64,000 nt of DNA from Octopus vulgaris (GCA_951406725.2 OX597832.1:65100001-65164000); one strand, 5' to 3'. Positions 41,532-56,747 are shown, counted from the first letter of the stretch. The notes: a model not told the origin generated them from the letters alone. Translations and numbers: made by a program.

Positions 41532-41949
41532 ATACGAGAAATTCAAACTTTATTCCCTCCAAACTCGCTGCGAGTGCTATACCATTTCTATAATGTGGAA
41601 AATATTCCAACAGCATTGCCCAGATGATGGTGGCATCAACTTTAAACTTCATACAAGGCTTGAGCCTCGTGTCATCCACCCTCTACAAAAGCTATGCTCG
41701 CGTCACATGAAAACCCTAAGAATTATTTCACTTTAGCTGGCCCTTCTTTCTTAAGATCATGCCAATACACATGAGAGAGAAAAAAAGGATCTCATAATAT
41801 TCAAGCAACTGCTGAGCAAATTGTCTCAACCAAATTCGAGATAAACCAAGTACATCCGTATATATCTATAAACAAAAACTCTTTACACGAACGGACCATG
41901 GTGCGTAAAGAATATCTTCGGCCAATCATGGTTGAAACTTTTCTAAGTA

Positions 41950-42030
<81 letters not shown>

Positions 42031-42378
42031 GTATATATACACACACATATATATATATATATACACACACACATACGCACACACACACTTTTACACATTT
42101 TAGTCATCTTGACTGCGGCTATGTGGGAGCACTGCCTTTATTCGTACAAATCGACCACGGGACTTATTTTTTTGTAAGCCTAGTACTTAATCACACCAAC
42201 ATAAGCACACCAACATCGGTTGTCAAGTGATTTAGTGGGGGTCATTCATTATCAAACAATACGAATGTATCCATCCATCCATCCATTCATACATCTATTC
42301 ATGCACACATAAACGTATATATATATGTATATAAACATAAATACGTTTATGCGTGCATAAATGGATGGATATATATAG

Positions 42379-42767
42379 TGGAAGCACTCCGTCGGTTACG
42401 ATAATGAGGGTTCCGGTTGATCCGAATCAACGGAACAGCCTGCTCGTGAAATTAACGTGTAAGTGGCTGAGCACTCCACAGACACGTGCACCCTTAACGT
42501 AGTTCTCGGGGATATTCAGCGTGACACAGAGAGAGAGACAAGGCCGGCCCCTTGAAATACAGGTACAACAGAAACAGGAAGTAAGAGTGAGAGAAAGTTG
42601 TGGTGAAAGAGTACAGCAGGGATCACCACCATCCCCTGCCGGAGCCTCGTGGAGAGCTTTTAGGTGTTTTCGCTCAATAAACACTCACAACGCCCGGTCT
42701 GGGAATCGAAACCGCAATCCTATGACCGCGAGTCCGCTGCCCTAACCACTGGGCCATTGCGCCTCCA
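42379..42767 (-). mobile_element. SINE family B, full length, with ~14-bp TSD
   Basis: Near-identical to 11833-12177. gatggatatatata flanks both sides (42364-42377, 42768-42781). Confidence 0.9.
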
Positions 42768-42770
42768 GAT

Positions 42771-42813
<43 letters not shown>

Positions 42814-43546
42814 CACACATAAATAGACACACACACACACATACGTATATTAACATAATTATACATGCATAAAGCTGATGCAATACAAGTCATATAAAGC
42901 GGCTAATTAATTGTGTTAATAATTCAACGTATATCAACAAAATTCTTTTACCTAATTCTGTCCCACTCATTTCACATATAAATTAAAAATATATGGGACC
43001 CTAAAATTCACAGATGTTTTCCAACGAGTTTCGAGCGGAGTAAACCGGTTGGGAGAGAATCTGTGCCACCCATTTTTTCTTTCATTTTATATTATTTTGT
43101 ATTGTGTTTGAGAATTATGTGTGAAAAAAGAAATTGTGGAATTTCGGTATCACGTTTGAAACGATTTCTTTTGTGTTAAGCTTAGATAGAAAGAATGCAA
43201 ACAATTCATATATATATATACAGTGGTGGCCAAAGGTTACCTGACAGTAAATGAAAACCCACTTAATTCTAAGATTAAAATAAAAAGAAACATATATGAG
43301 ACTTTGCTAATACATAGGCAAATGCTGAAAACAAATAAAGCAAATGGGGATAATAACTCACAACATTCAATTATTAAACACTCATAATTGGAGTGAATGA
43401 ATAAAATCCAATATTCAGTATCTATGGAATTTTGATTTATTGTCGAGTGACTTTTGGCCAATGCGGTATGTAGAATATATATATATATATATATATATAA
43501 TGATAAATCTCAGAGCGAGATTATATATATATATATATATATATAT

Positions 43547-43812
43547 CAAATGTAAGGATAAAATTCTTTTCGAAAAAAAAATATTTTCTCGAAAAATTTT
43601 ATCAATGGCCAACATATTAAAAAATACCTTTAACGGTTAAATTTATAAACAATTAATAAATGAGGGCAAAGGAAAAATTCTAATGCCAAATATGCCGAAA
43701 AATTGGACATATTGTCCATTAACCATATAATTATATGGTTAATGGACAACATGTCCAATTTTTCGGCATATTTAGCATTAGAATTTTTTTCCTTTGCCCT
43801 CATTTATGAATT
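43547..43812. mobile_element. Fold-back insert in (TA)n: ~104-nt tail plus ~80-bp arms with no loop
   Basis: 43651-43730 is the reverse complement of 43731-43812, centred on aaccatataa|ttatatggtt. Confidence 0.8.
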
Positions 43813-44389
43813 ATATATATATATTTGTAATCGTAAATTTGATTAGTGTTCTTCAGCTAGATTTACCTAGACAATATTTCAAATGTTGCTACATCAATGT
43901 CAGTATACTTGCTTGAACGCCTAGCCGTTATCAGACCGAGAACAGTGAATAAATGCTTTCCAATGAAAAATAAAATAAAATATTATTATTTCTAGTAATA
44001 TATATATATAAAATAAGAGAATTTGTACAAAATGTATAAACAGGTGATGAATAAAACACCGACACAGTTTCGATTAACTGTTGTTATCCGTAGATTTATT
44101 ATTTATTGCAGGGTAAGTCCTGGGGTCGATTCATTCGACTAAAGGTGGTGCTCCAACATGGCCGCAGTAAATAAAAAATAATGGAATATATAAATGTATA
44201 TATAATTGTATGTATCACAGGATGTTTTGCACGATAGATCAATTTCTGTTGTGGATTTTGATATATAACCCACTGAATCACTGGCACACTTCTCTGGCAA
44301 TACCTTTGTAAACTGACCACCTTCAGGGTTCCAATTTTAGTTTCGTTGAATTAGTTCATTTTTGTTAATTTGCGTGAATATTAATTCAT

Positions 44390-45015
44390 GTGACTAGAAA
44401 TAACCTATACAATATGTGTGAAAGTCAATATCGACAAAGGAATTTTCCAGGTGGACTCGTTGTCCCCTTTAATATTTGTCTCTTGTTTGATCGCTCTCAG
44501 TTTAATACTAAGGGAGGCAAAGGCAGATTATCAGTTCAGAAACAGTAAGGGAGCATGAACCTAGTATAGGAAAGTACTGGAAAGCAAGAAATATATGATG
44601 TAGAACTTTAACATTCAGACTGACAGAACAATGGAAGCTAGAAGGCCTGAACCATTAGTAGTAGATAAAGAGAATAGAATGTGCCAGATAATTGAATTTT
44701 AGAGTCCCAAATCATGAAAAACTCAATATGAGAGATATAGAAAAGATAGCAAAGTACCAACAACTAGCCTTTGAATTACAGAGACTATGGAAAGTGTGGG
44801 TACACCAGTAGATGGAAAATGTACACCAGTAGATGGACAGAGCAAATAGGCATAAAATCCAGTTTAGCACAGCTCCAGAAAATAGTGGTTCTAAGGCCAG
44901 CTAGGATACTTAAGAGGGTTGGTTCTTGGCATCTAAGTTTACTTGTTGTAGCCTGACGTTATGTTTTTTTTTCATTTTCCAACAGTTAAATCTGTTTTGA
45001 GTTTATGAACAAAAA
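44390..45015 (+). pseudogene. Old R4/Dong-like LINE relic (RT piece joined to endonuclease region and 3' end)
   Basis: GIFQVDSLSPLIF, then FNIQTDRTMEARRPE...CQIIEF...LQKIVVL...ARILKRV, followed by (AAT)n. Confidence 0.7.
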
Positions 45016-45036
45016 GAAATAATAATAATAATAATG

Positions 45037-45094
<58 letters not shown>

Positions 45095-45600
45095 CAACAA
45101 CAACAACAACAACAACAGAGAAGCCTGCACTGAATAACAACATGGATTTACTAAACTGGGCTCTCCATTCAAAAACAAATCTAACCCAATGACATCGATG
45201 GAATTAGATACAGGAACATGAGCAAAACTTGAAGGAAACGGCCTTTTAACGAAGATACTAAGAAAAAAAAAAACGAAATTTTACTGCCATACAAAGTACA
45301 GGTTCTCCTACACACGGTGTCTCAATGAAACATCTGCGAAACACACGCGATATCAACACCGAATAGCTTACATATAATAAAATAGAAACGGACCAAAATA
45401 AAAAAAATAGTGAGTACATAAATTGAGTAATTACGCATACACTCGAATGTATCAAAAAATCATATATACACTTTGATACCCATAGGATTACACATACATC
45501 CCAAAGTTGTACACACTATGTGAAAAAAAATAAATTTACAGGACACACACTCACGCACATGAGAGACGTGTCACACACCAAGCAAAAACAAAATCAAAAC

Positions 45601-46070
45601 TTTCTTTGTTTTTCTTCTTATTTTATTCTCATTTTTTCGAACTAACACAGGCAGAGTGAACCTTCCATAAGTTTAAAAAACACCACAAAATAGAACCTTG
45701 TTCGGAGTTAAATCCATCAGCAAAAAATATATATATAGACGAATACAGATCTGTTAGCATTAAGAAACTACGCTACAACAATGTTTACGTGCAGAGAACA
45801 CGGAGACGGTGTTGTCCCAAAAACTTAACCCTAAATTGACAGTTCTTTTTGTTTTCTCCTAATTTTATTATAATTTTTTCGAACTAACTCGGACAGAGGG
45901 AACCCTTCATAAGTTTAAAAAAACACCGCAAAAAAAACTATGTCCGGAGGTAAATCTATCAACAAAAAAATACAGACGAATATACATCTGCTAGCCTTAA
46001 GAACCAATGCTACGAGCAGTGTTTACATACAGAGAAGGTGTTGTCGCAAAACCTTAACCCTAAACTGACA
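45601..46070 (+). repeat. Diverged ~240-bp tandem duplication in the presumed LINE 5' UTR
   Basis: 45601-45841 vs 45843-46070 share ttttttcgaactaac, ataagtttaaaaaa(a)cacc, agacgaata, ggtgttgtc and cttaaccctaaa(t/c)tgaca. Confidence 0.8.
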
Positions 46071-47811
46071 CATCCGTCTCCTAATGTAAGAACCGAAGCT
46101 CGTCATACCTCAATGTTAAAAAAAAAACAAATTACAAGCCGCAATGGTCATCGATCGGAATACGAAAAACCACAAACCCGAATATTGAACCAAATTCTGA
46201 TTGAATAATCAGCTACTGGTTCAAATCGTCCCGACACACAGGAGCTGGACGTACCCTACAATCGGAATATTCCAACAGATGGCCATCCATGCCTGTCATC
46301 AAATAACCAAAAAAAAAAAAGAATGAAATTTGGTCTAGGGAAGATAACAAGGAAGTTCTTAAGGCCTTCTACATTGCCATATATTTCCCCACAGATAAAT
46401 CTAATATTGTACAAACCTACTTCAACTGGAGACAGAAGCACCCTGAAGTAAGACCCTACATAGACAGTAACAAACTTGCCAACGTCAGAAGAAACATTCT
46501 AAAAAAAAAATTACTGACTGAAGTAGAGATTGACCAGATTAAACAAGCAGTAACGGATAAAAAGAACGAAGCTGCAGCTAAAGATGATAATACAGAGGAA
46601 ATAATTATAGGGGCTGATAAAAACGCAGTAAGGATTAAAAGAGTTAGTATAATTGATAGGCAAAGTGAAATACTCACTGAACCAATCATAAACACTATGA
46701 CAGATGAACATCAAATAGATGAAGAAATTCACACAAATATTGACCCAACAAAACCTCATGAGCTAAAGAATCAATTCATGATTGAATGACTGAAAATAAA
46801 AGAAACCAGTATGGATGAACGCGATACACTTCCTAAAATCTGCAACTCTAACCAAAACATGAAGATAATTGGTAAAATCCGCCTTGCACTTAAGGATATA
46901 ATTTCAGCTAATGATGTTAATATTACAGATCTCAACCACCTGTACTATGCATCCACGAAAATCTCAACGATTCTATGTGGTGAAAAGTTAGAAAACACAA
47001 CATTCCCACAAAGAGCCTTCTTGGCAAGAGCGTATCCAACAACAACTTAAACTACTTAGGTCTGACATTGAATGTTTGAAAAACCTTAAGGTTGACAAGA
47101 CTACCAAACCTGCAAAAAGCCCAAACTTAAAGAAAATATATATGAAAACTATACTTGATATTGATGCCACCATAGAAACCATCAATCAAAAGGTATCTGC
47201 TAAAGCTGCCCGAATAGCGAGGTAGGAAAAGCGTTTTAGATTCCTCAAGTACAGCAACATGTTAAAAAATAACCCCAAAAAGTTCTACAGGAAGATAGGG
47301 AAAACACCAGTTACTGTAAAATCTGTACCATCAAAAGTAGTGCAGGAATTTTGGAATAAAATTTGGGCAGAAGAAAAAACACACAACGAAAAGGCTCCTT
47401 GGATTGATAGAATATCTACGGATTAGTATTCCTTAGAGGAGCAAAAGTGGGAGGGTGTTAAGGTAGAAGATATAAGATCTACTCTCAGGATGTCAAGCAA
47501 ATGGAAGTCTCCAGGAAAGTATAAAATTCCTAACTTCTGTTTGAATGCCTTCCCAGAGAGCCATGGACTGCTAACAGAATTTTATAATGATGTTTGCAAC
47601 ACCCTAGTACGATGCCTCCTTGGCTAGTTAATGGTTTAACATTCCTGCTTCCAAAAAGTGAAGAAACAAATAAACCAAAAGCTATAGACCCATGACCTGC
47701 TTAACAACTATGTATAAAATGCTAACATCTGTCCTGACAGAATCTAACTATAGTTTTTTAATAGACAGCAGCATATTTCCTAAAGAACAGAAAGGATGTA
47801 AACGTGGATCC

Positions 47812-48157
47812 TACTTACAGACAAAAAGTTTCGCAGAATAGGCGCTATTTTATACATTTCCAGGCATTTCTTAATCAAGCTATGTGGTAGGCTATCAAAA
47901 GCCTTTTTATAGTCTATCCAGGCTATTGATAAGTTTTTGTGTCGTTTGTGACAATCTTCTAAGATCAACTTCTTGATGAGTAGCTGATCTCATCAAGAAG
48001 TTGATCTTAGAAGATTGTCACAAACGACACAAAAACTTATCAATAGCCTGGATAGACTATAAAAAGGCTTTTGATAGCCTACCACATAGCTTGATTAAGA
48101 AATGCCTGGAAATGTATAAAATAGCGCCTATTCTGCGAAACTTTTTGTCTGTAAGTA
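47812..48157. repeat. 169-bp inverted duplication (8-nt loop) inside the RT domain
   Basis: 47812-47980 is the reverse complement of 47989-48157. The same peptide ILEDCHKRHKNLSIAWIDYKKAFD appears on both strands in the ORF track. Confidence 0.95.
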
Positions 48158-50122
48158 TGAGATCATGGAGAACCACACTAACTTTGAACAATGAGAATGA
48201 ATCTCTAAATGCTGTTGAGGTTAAAATTTCATGTGGCATTTTCCAGGGTGACTCACTATTACCACTCCTTAATACCACTCTCAAAATTGCTCAAAGACGC
48301 ACAGTACGGATATAAAATGCTGGATAAAAATATAAATCAGCTCATTTACATAGATGATTTAAAGCTCTTTGCAAAAAATGACCAACAACTCAACGGTTTA
48401 TTAACGATGGTTAAACAATTCAGTGATGACATCGGAATGCAATTGGGCCTCGATAAATGTGCAAAAGCAAGCTTTATCAAAGGAAAATGACAGAAACATC
48501 TAACGTTTACCTTGACCAGCAGAATGCCATAAAAGAGGTAGACCCAGCAGAAAGCTACAAGTACCTAGGGGTAATTGAAGGAGATGGAATAAGGCATTCA
48601 GTGATGAAGGACAGGATCAGGAGAGAATGTTATCGCAGCGTAAGAGCAATGCTCAAGACAGTTGAACGCGAGAAACAGGATCGAAGCGATCAATGCATTA
48701 GCCATACCAGTCGTAACTTACAGTTTCAATATCGTTAACTGGTCAATTACTGAAATATATAATCTTGACAGAAAAATACGAAAACTGTTGACAATGCATA
48801 GAATGCACCACTCTAAGGCAGATATAGAACGACTTTATCTGCCAAGAAAAGAGGGAGGCCATGGACTTTTACAACTGGCAATAACAATGAAGATTGCTAC
48901 AATTGGCCTAGACACCTATCTGAAAAACTCTGAGGACTGGATGTTAGAACTTGTCTCAAAACATGAAAACAAGAAAGCATGATACTCAGTAACAAAACAG
49001 GCAAAGGGATATCTAAGTGAATTCTGAATACAACAAATTTCGGTATTAGACCTACAAGAAACAAGCACAGAAAAAGCTAAGCGCATGAAAATATGTGCTA
49101 AAACTGCTGCCTTAGATATTCTGAATGTTAAATTGCAAGAAAAACCTCTCAATGGCAAATACCCAGAGAATGCGAGTAATGCAGATGTTGACAAAGCCCT
49201 GACCAATCAATGGCTCATGGCCTCTGGCTTAAAATTTGAAACAGAGGGGCTTATCATAGCAGCTCAAGCTCAATACCTACCTACAAGGAATTACCAGGCC
49301 AACATATCAAAGAACGTCAGTAGTCCAACATGTCGTGTATGTCAACAACAAAATGAAACCATTGATGATGTTGTCTCCAAGTGCAGTCTTCTTGCGCCTA
49401 CAGAGTATCTCAACAGGCATGTTACAGCTGCACAATATATTCACTGGGTAATTTGCAAAAGCCTGGACTTGCCCCATGATAAAACGGGTGGGAACACAAT
49501 CCACCTCCAGTGCTTGAAAATGACCACATCTCACTCCTCTGGAACTTCAGCATTCAAACTGACAGAAAGATAGATGCAAATAGGCCAGACATTATTAAAA
49601 GACTTCAGACAAAAGACATGCCTCCTCATTGATGTTACTGTGCCAATCGATATAAACGTATCTGTCAAGACCTACCAAAAACTGAGCAAATATAAAGATC
49701 TTGAAATAGAAATCAGCAAAATGTGGACCTGAAGACTAAAACAATACCTGTTGTCATAGGTGCCCTGGGAATGATAGTAAAAGGGGTTGATTGCTACCTA
49801 ACTCAGATACCAGGAAACCCCAAAATGGCAGAAATTCAAAAGATAGTGCTCATGGGAAGTGCTCATATCCTACGCAAAATACTTTCTATGTAATCTCAAG
49901 TTTTAAAACAAACATAATTTTCGTATGGTTTTTTAGACATTCACTAGTACAACACTAAGTACAAAACCAAATATATGGCACCCTAGGCATAACATCAACA
50001 CGAGCTTCCAGCTTGTTGTCTCTTGAGGTCTCTGGGTGAGACCTGGAGCCAACTTGTGCAAATGTAAAGCAAAAGTCAAACATAGAATAATAATAATAAT
50101 AATAATGATAATAATAATTATG

Positions 50123-50246
<124 letters not shown>

Positions 50247-50260
50247 TAATAATAATAGTA

Positions 50261-50344
<84 letters not shown>

Positions 50345-50348
<4 letters not shown>

Positions 50349-52087
50349 GACCAACAACTCAAGGGCTTACTAGCGATAGTCAAACAATTCAGTGACGGCA
50401 TCAGAATGCAATTCGGCCTCGATAAATGTGCAAAGGCCACCTTTATCAAAGGACAAATGACAGAAACATCTAACGTTAACCTTGACCAACAGAATGTCAT
50501 AAAAGAACTAGACCCAGCGGAGAGCTACAAGTACCTAGGGGTAATTGAAGGGAACGGAATAAGGCATTCAGAGATGAAGGAAAGGATCAGGTAGAATGCT
50601 ATCGAAGAGTGAGAGCAATACTCAAGACAGAGCTGAATGCAAGAAACAGGATCGAAGCGATCAATGCATTAGCCATACCAGTCGTGACTTACAGTTTCAA
50701 TATTGTTAACTGGTCAATTACTGAAATATGTCAGCTCGACAGAAAAATAAGGAAACTGTTGACAATGCATAGAATGCACCACCCTAAGGCAGATACAGAA
50801 CGACTCTATCTGCCAAGAAAAGAGGGAGGCCGTGGACTTTTGCAACTGGCAATAATAATGAAGATTGCTACAATTGGCCTAGACACCTACCTGAAAAACT
50901 CTGAGAACTGGATGTTAAAACTTGTCTCAAAACATGAAAACAAGAATGCATCATACTCAGTCACAAAACAGGCAAAGGAATATCTAAGTGAATTCCGAAT
51001 ACAACCAATTTCGGAATTAGAGATAGATATACAAGAAACAAGCACAGAAAAAGCTAGGCGCATGAAAACCCGTGCCAAAACTGCGGCCTTAGATATTCTG
51101 AATAATAAATGGCAAGAAAAACCTCTCTATGGCAAATACCCAAAGAGAGCGAATAATGCAGATATCGACAAAGACCTGACCAATCAATGGCTAATGGCCT
51201 TTGGCTTAACATCTGAAACAGAGGGGTTTATCATAGCAGCTCAAGATCAATGCCTACCAACAAGAAACTACCAGGCCAACATATTAAAGAACGGCAGTAG
51301 CCCAACATGTCGTGTATGCCGACAACAAAATGAAACCATTGACCATGTTGTCTCCAAATGCAGTCTTCTAGCGCCTACAGAGTACCTCAGTAGGCATGAT
51401 AGAGCTGCACAATATATTCACTGGGTAATTTGCAAAAACCTGGATTTGCCCCATGAAAAAAACTGGTGGGAACACAATCCACCTCCTGTGCTTGAAAATG
51501 ACCACATCTCACTCCTCTGGAACTTCACCATTCAAACTGACAGAAAGATAGATGCAAATAGGCCAGACATTATATTGAAAGACTTCAGACAAAGAACATG
51601 CTCCCTCATTGATATGACTGTCCCAATCGATATAAACGTATCTGTCAAGACCTACCAAAAACTGAGCAAATATAAAGATCTTGAAATAGAAATCAGCAAA
51701 ATGTGGAAGCTGAAGACTAAAACAATACCTGTTGTCATAGGTGCCCTGGGAATAATAGCGAAAGGGACTGACTGCTACCTAACTCAGATACCAGGAAACC
51801 CCAAAATGGCAGAAATTCAAAAGATAGTGCTCATGGGAACTGCTCATATCCTACGCAAAATACTCTCTATCTAATCTCAAGGTTTAAAACAAACTTTTTT
51901 TTTTTAATTTAAAAAAAAATAAATTTTTTTTTATGTATTAGACATTCACTAGTACAACACCAAAAAAAGAAGAAGACAAAAAACCCCTCAAATATATGGC
52001 ACAGAACTTCCAACCTGTTGTCTCTTGAGGTCTCTGGGTGAGACTTGGAGCCAACTTGTACATACATAAAGCAAAAGTCAAACATAG
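50345..52087 (+). mobile_element. 5'-truncated younger copy of the same R4/Dong family
   Basis: Colinear with 48376-50085. Ends gtcaaacatag followed by (AAT)n. Confidence 0.92.
50609..51874 (+). pseudogene. Open C-terminal part of the R4/Dong ORF: post-RT region, CCHC zinc knuckle, restriction-like endonuclease
   Basis: 421-aa ORF with RLYLPRKEGGRGL, AAQDQ, CRVCRQQNETIDHVVSKC, RHD, RPDIIL...LIDMTVP...KLSKYKDL, PVVIGALG. Upstream frameshift near 50592 and 5' truncation. Confidence 0.9.
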
Positions 52088-52100
52088 AATAATAATAATA

Positions 52101-52179
<79 letters not shown>

Positions 52180-53440
52180 GAATTACCGAACAGAGACTTG
52201 ATTCAACAATTTGAAGCGGAAAGATACTGATACTTTGGTGAAGTAGTCTTCAACGCGATAATGGAAAAGGAAATGAAAGAGCAACTGAGGACGGAGTATC
52301 TTCAAAGACTGAGGTTCGTTTTACGCTAAAAATTGACTGGATGGAATAAAATGCAAGCAGGTAATACGTGGGCGATTGGATCACTTCGGTGTGGGGCGGG
52401 AATTATAAAATGACAATAGAGAGAAATGAAGAAAACGGATACCGAGACAAGAAAAATGTTCATAGTACACGGAACCTTCCACCATAAGATAGAAACCAAG
52501 AGGCTGTACTTATCCAGAAGAAAGGGTAGGAGAGGTTTGATTAGTTACAAGCGCTGTATCGAAGCAGAGGAAAACAGCTTACAGTGGTTTGTAAAAAATG
52601 CCATGGAGCCACTGTTGAAGCACATGAATAAAGGCCATCGTCATCAAAACTGGAAATTGTTTAACTAAGGAAATAGTTAAACAAGAGATGAACACAAACA
52701 CAAAAAGAAAAAAAAAACATGGAACGAAAAGAAAATGTACGGTCATTTGCAAGAGATGTGAACGCCAAGTTATACAGACGACCTGAAGTGACCTGAAGAT
52801 AGAAACAAAAGCACTCATATGCACAGCTCAGGAACATGCGCTAAGGGCCAATTATATGAAGTGCAGAGTAGACAGCACTACCGATAGCGATAAATGCAGA
52901 ATGACAATGTGGCAAGTATGATCCATTGGGATCGCCGTAGAAGCCACGGTCTACAAAGAGCAAAGACGTGATATGACCAAACCCCAGAAGGAGTCACCGG
53001 AATGAGAATTCTGAAATTTTGTGGGATTCAATGACACAGTGCGATCACTCAACCAGACATCGGAAACCGGGCATTGTTGCGGTGAATAAAGAAAGAAAAT
53101 GTATGATATTCGACATAGCATGCCCCGGTGACAAAATGATCAGTGTGAAAGGAGAAGAAAAAGCAAACAACTATGTCGATTTGAAGTGAGAAATACGAAG
53201 GTTGTGGTCAATGAGGGGAGTAGACGTTATACCAATAGTAATTGGAAGTATCCGCGCTCATCTACCAGCATGACGGAAAAAGACTGGTGCGCCTACAAAA
53301 GTCAGCATTGTTTGGAACTGCAAGAATTTTTCGCAGGGATCTTGAAGCATGACCAATAAACAAGTGTCACCTTAGTCCGCTAGCTGTGGACAGCTGACAC
53401 TTTCCATCATACCCATCAAAGTAAGTTATGAGCTTTCAAC
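52180..53440 (+). pseudogene. Decayed 3' half of a second, more distant R4/Dong-like family
   Basis: EYLQRLRFVL, NTWAI, RLYLSRRKGRRGLIS, ALICTAQEHALRANY, DIACPGD, with many stops. Confidence 0.8.
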
Positions 53441-54722
53441 ACATAATAATTATGCAAATTAGGGACTCCTTCATAGAGTAACTGCTGCGTTTGTTGAGTA
53501 TATAAACAGTTTGGCTGCTTGTTTCTCTGGAGACTGTCAGAATGATGCAGACGCCGCTGATGTTCGACAGATCGTTTAGATTGTTCTTCATGTTTTTTTC
53601 AGTCTGAGGAGAAATGGCTGAAAATTTCCCCATTATACCACATGATACACATACACATGTATATATAGACAGGTAGATTGATTGATAGATATAAAGGTAG
53701 AAATCAGGGAGTGGAGGCTGATTCCGCATTCCTTGACCAATCCGCATCATTTTAATTAGTCGCTTAATGTATTTAACACTTCAGAAATTGCACAACTAGG
53801 AAGTGAGAGGGCATAAATAATATCCTTAGTAGCTAACCGCTTCTAAATCAGTAGTGGGCATTAGTCCTTAAGAATTGACTCTAGTTGAAGAGAACAGTAA
53901 CAGATTACAAAGTGAATACTGAACTGTTGTGTCCAGAAAACTCAGTCACCTAAAGAGAAATTGCTATGGTATTGCAATATACAAAGTAAATTATCTTATA
54001 AAGTTTATCTATTTTTATTTATTATCTATTTGATTATCTATTTATTTATATATATATTTATTTACTTATTTTCCGTCATTTCTATTGGTTGGACCGGTTA
54101 ATTTGAATTTATGTTTTACGATGTGAGTTTTTTTTTGGGGGGGGGTTTCACTAAGTTAATCTAATCAAATGATTATTATATCCTCAACGAGGAGTTTATA
54201 TTGTGTGAATTAGGGTTAGTTCAGTAAAATAGTTTCTACGTGTAAATAAAGAGATGATATTTTCCAGTATAGTTCAAATAGTACTATTATGATGTGTTAG
54301 TTCGTATATTATAAAAGAATATTCCAGTGATAATTTCTTGTATCTAAGTGTCGATGAAACGATTGTAATATTATGCAATGAAACGTGTTCTAACTCCATT
54401 CTCCCTGTTAAAATTTATATAAACTCCACAGATAGTCTCGGATTGTGGGATGTAACGTTAGGAAAACGATCAATACTCGCTCTAAAATCGTATCAGATAA
54501 CAAATACTCGTATATTGCCGTTCTAAAACAGACTCCAAGGTAAATAACCCAACTGAATTGATACAGCTATTTATAAATATATACATGTTGTGTATATATA
54601 TAAAAATAAAATTGATAAGAGAAATGAGGTGAGAGAGAAGATATTTATTGCATTCGTTTACAAGTTTCATTACACAAACACACACATATATACATATCTC
54701 TCATTCGTTATCTATAAGTATA

Positions 54723-54776
<54 letters not shown>

Positions 54777-54883
54777 TACATACATATGTATATGCTTTTA
54801 AGCACTCATAAACATGTATGTACGTATGTATGTATACATGCATCAATGTAGGTATATATTTATGTTTGTATATATATATATAT

Positions 54884-54920
<37 letters not shown>

Positions 54921-55994
54921 TATATACATCCATATACACAAATAGACACATACACATACATACTCATACACGTAGATACATACACACATATTCAATTACA
55001 CAAGCACATACCTACATTTGCCCATGTATTCTATGGCGAGTAGATGGTAAATTTGGAAGTAAGGCTATACGCATCGATGAAAAATATGTGTTTGTGCGTG
55101 TCTCTACGCAAGGATATATACGTAAACATATACACACACACGTGTACATATGTACTGGGATCTATTTCTGTCAACGTGTATATGTGTATATGTATGTGTG
55201 TATGTGTATATGTGTGCTTGTGGGTGCGTGTGTGGATGGATGCAATGTATCTCTAAAGTTTTCAAGATATCATGATATTGATTCTGGAAAACTTCCTTTC
55301 AAACTTATACATTGGGAGTCGTCAAAATATTGGCAAAATGCCTTTTCGAGTATTCCCAAGAATCCTTCGTGTGTTTACGACTGTAATAGTTTATTTGCGT
55401 TTCCTAATGTTAACTTCTCCTAAATACCGTCTTAGAATTTGCTGCTGGAACATTCGCTCCGTATATTACACTACAATATTACGCAGCATCTGTACTTCTT
55501 TCCTTGCCAGATGCAAAATTCTTTAATCAGAATATATTTGCATCAAAGACCGATTCCTTTGCCAGCAGACAAAATCCAGTTTGGTTTAATTAAATTCAAT
55601 CGATTTCACACTAAATCAGAAGGCTCGTATTTATAGTTATGTCTATAATTGTTTATACCATCCCTATCGCAATACTAGAATGGCACTTGGTGTTATTACT
55701 TCCGGAATCCACGACTGTATTTGATCTCTGCACGTAAACGTGTTTTTCCCCGATTTTCTAGCGTTTCTCCCAATATTTCGCTTTTTAATATGATTCTTTG
55801 AGGGCAATGGATTAACGTCCATTGTTACTATTGTTAAGGGGGTGAGCTGGCACACCGGGCAAAATATTTTGCGACATTTGTTAGTTTTTAAGTTCTGGTT
55901 TCAATTCCACCATGGTCGATTTTGACATTCATACTTTCGGGGTCGACAAGGAAAGTACTTCCTCTCAAAATGTTGTTATTATTTTTATCATCAT

Positions 55995-56440
55995 TATTAT
56001 TGAGTGAGAGAGCAGCGCACACCATTGAAGTGACGCTGGGATACAAATATGCGAGACCACACGTCCGATAAGGGCGTGTGGGACATAGTGATCTTATATC
56101 AAGATACACAGTGCACGAATTTGCAGGTGGGGTGTCCCATCCCACTCAAAAAATATCTGGACAAGAATGGTTTAATGATGATTAATTAAATACGCATATT
56201 TCGAGAGAAGAATTATTCAAACCCTTAAGAATCCTTGTCAGCACAGGGCTATGACGCTCCCCCAGTGCTCCTGTTCGCGATCAGAGATGCAAATGTCGCA
56301 GCCACTAAGTAACGTGCACAACTGGTGAAGGTCAAGCAACTGACCTGCAAATCAGCGATAGTGAGCAGAATATTTAACACCAAGACGAACCATGTACAAT
56401 AACCTTTCTTAATCAACTAATATCAGAAGTCAAGAGAGCC
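55995..56440 (-). mobile_element. Diverged copy of family E
   Basis: ttgagtgagagagcag...atcttatatcaagata...ttgcaggtgggg...gatcagagatgc...caactggtgaaggtcaagcaactgac. Confidence 0.7.
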
Positions 56441-56747
56441 ATATGAAATCATCACCATCATTATGACTGATTTGCTTCCAGTTCGGTTTTATTCCCTGAA
56501 AGTTTTAAGTGGGTAGCGGGTTACAACCAGTAACCTAGGTACCCACTTGCTTGCAATAGCCTTTCAAGTGCTTTAGGCATTCCTGATAAGCTTTCTTGTT
56601 GCTAAGAAGCAGGCATTTTATCGAAGCTGTACAAGATATTCTATTCTACTCTCCTTCAGCCATTCGTATATATCTTGGCTTACAGTTCCAATGAAACATT
56701 TATTATAGGCAGAACATTTACAGTTTTCCCTATTATAATAGGTACAA

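Larger units (their letters stand above)
45118..50085 (+). mobile_element. Near full-length, inactivated R4/Dong-clade non-LTR retrotransposon (RT, CCHC, RLE)
   Basis: Disrupted ORF ~46144-49893 with WKSPG, YRPMTCL, EQKG, AWIDYKKAFDSLPH, GIFQGDSL, YIDDLKLF, YKYLG, CRVC...C, RPD...LID...KLSKYKDL. Flanked by (AAT)/(AAC) on the left and (AAT)n on the right. The 5' ~1 kb is a presumed UTR. Confidence 0.9.

Noticed and set aside
53436-53600. Two overlapping open frames on the minus strand after an acceptor-like site
   Set aside because: No recognisable domain or splice donor.
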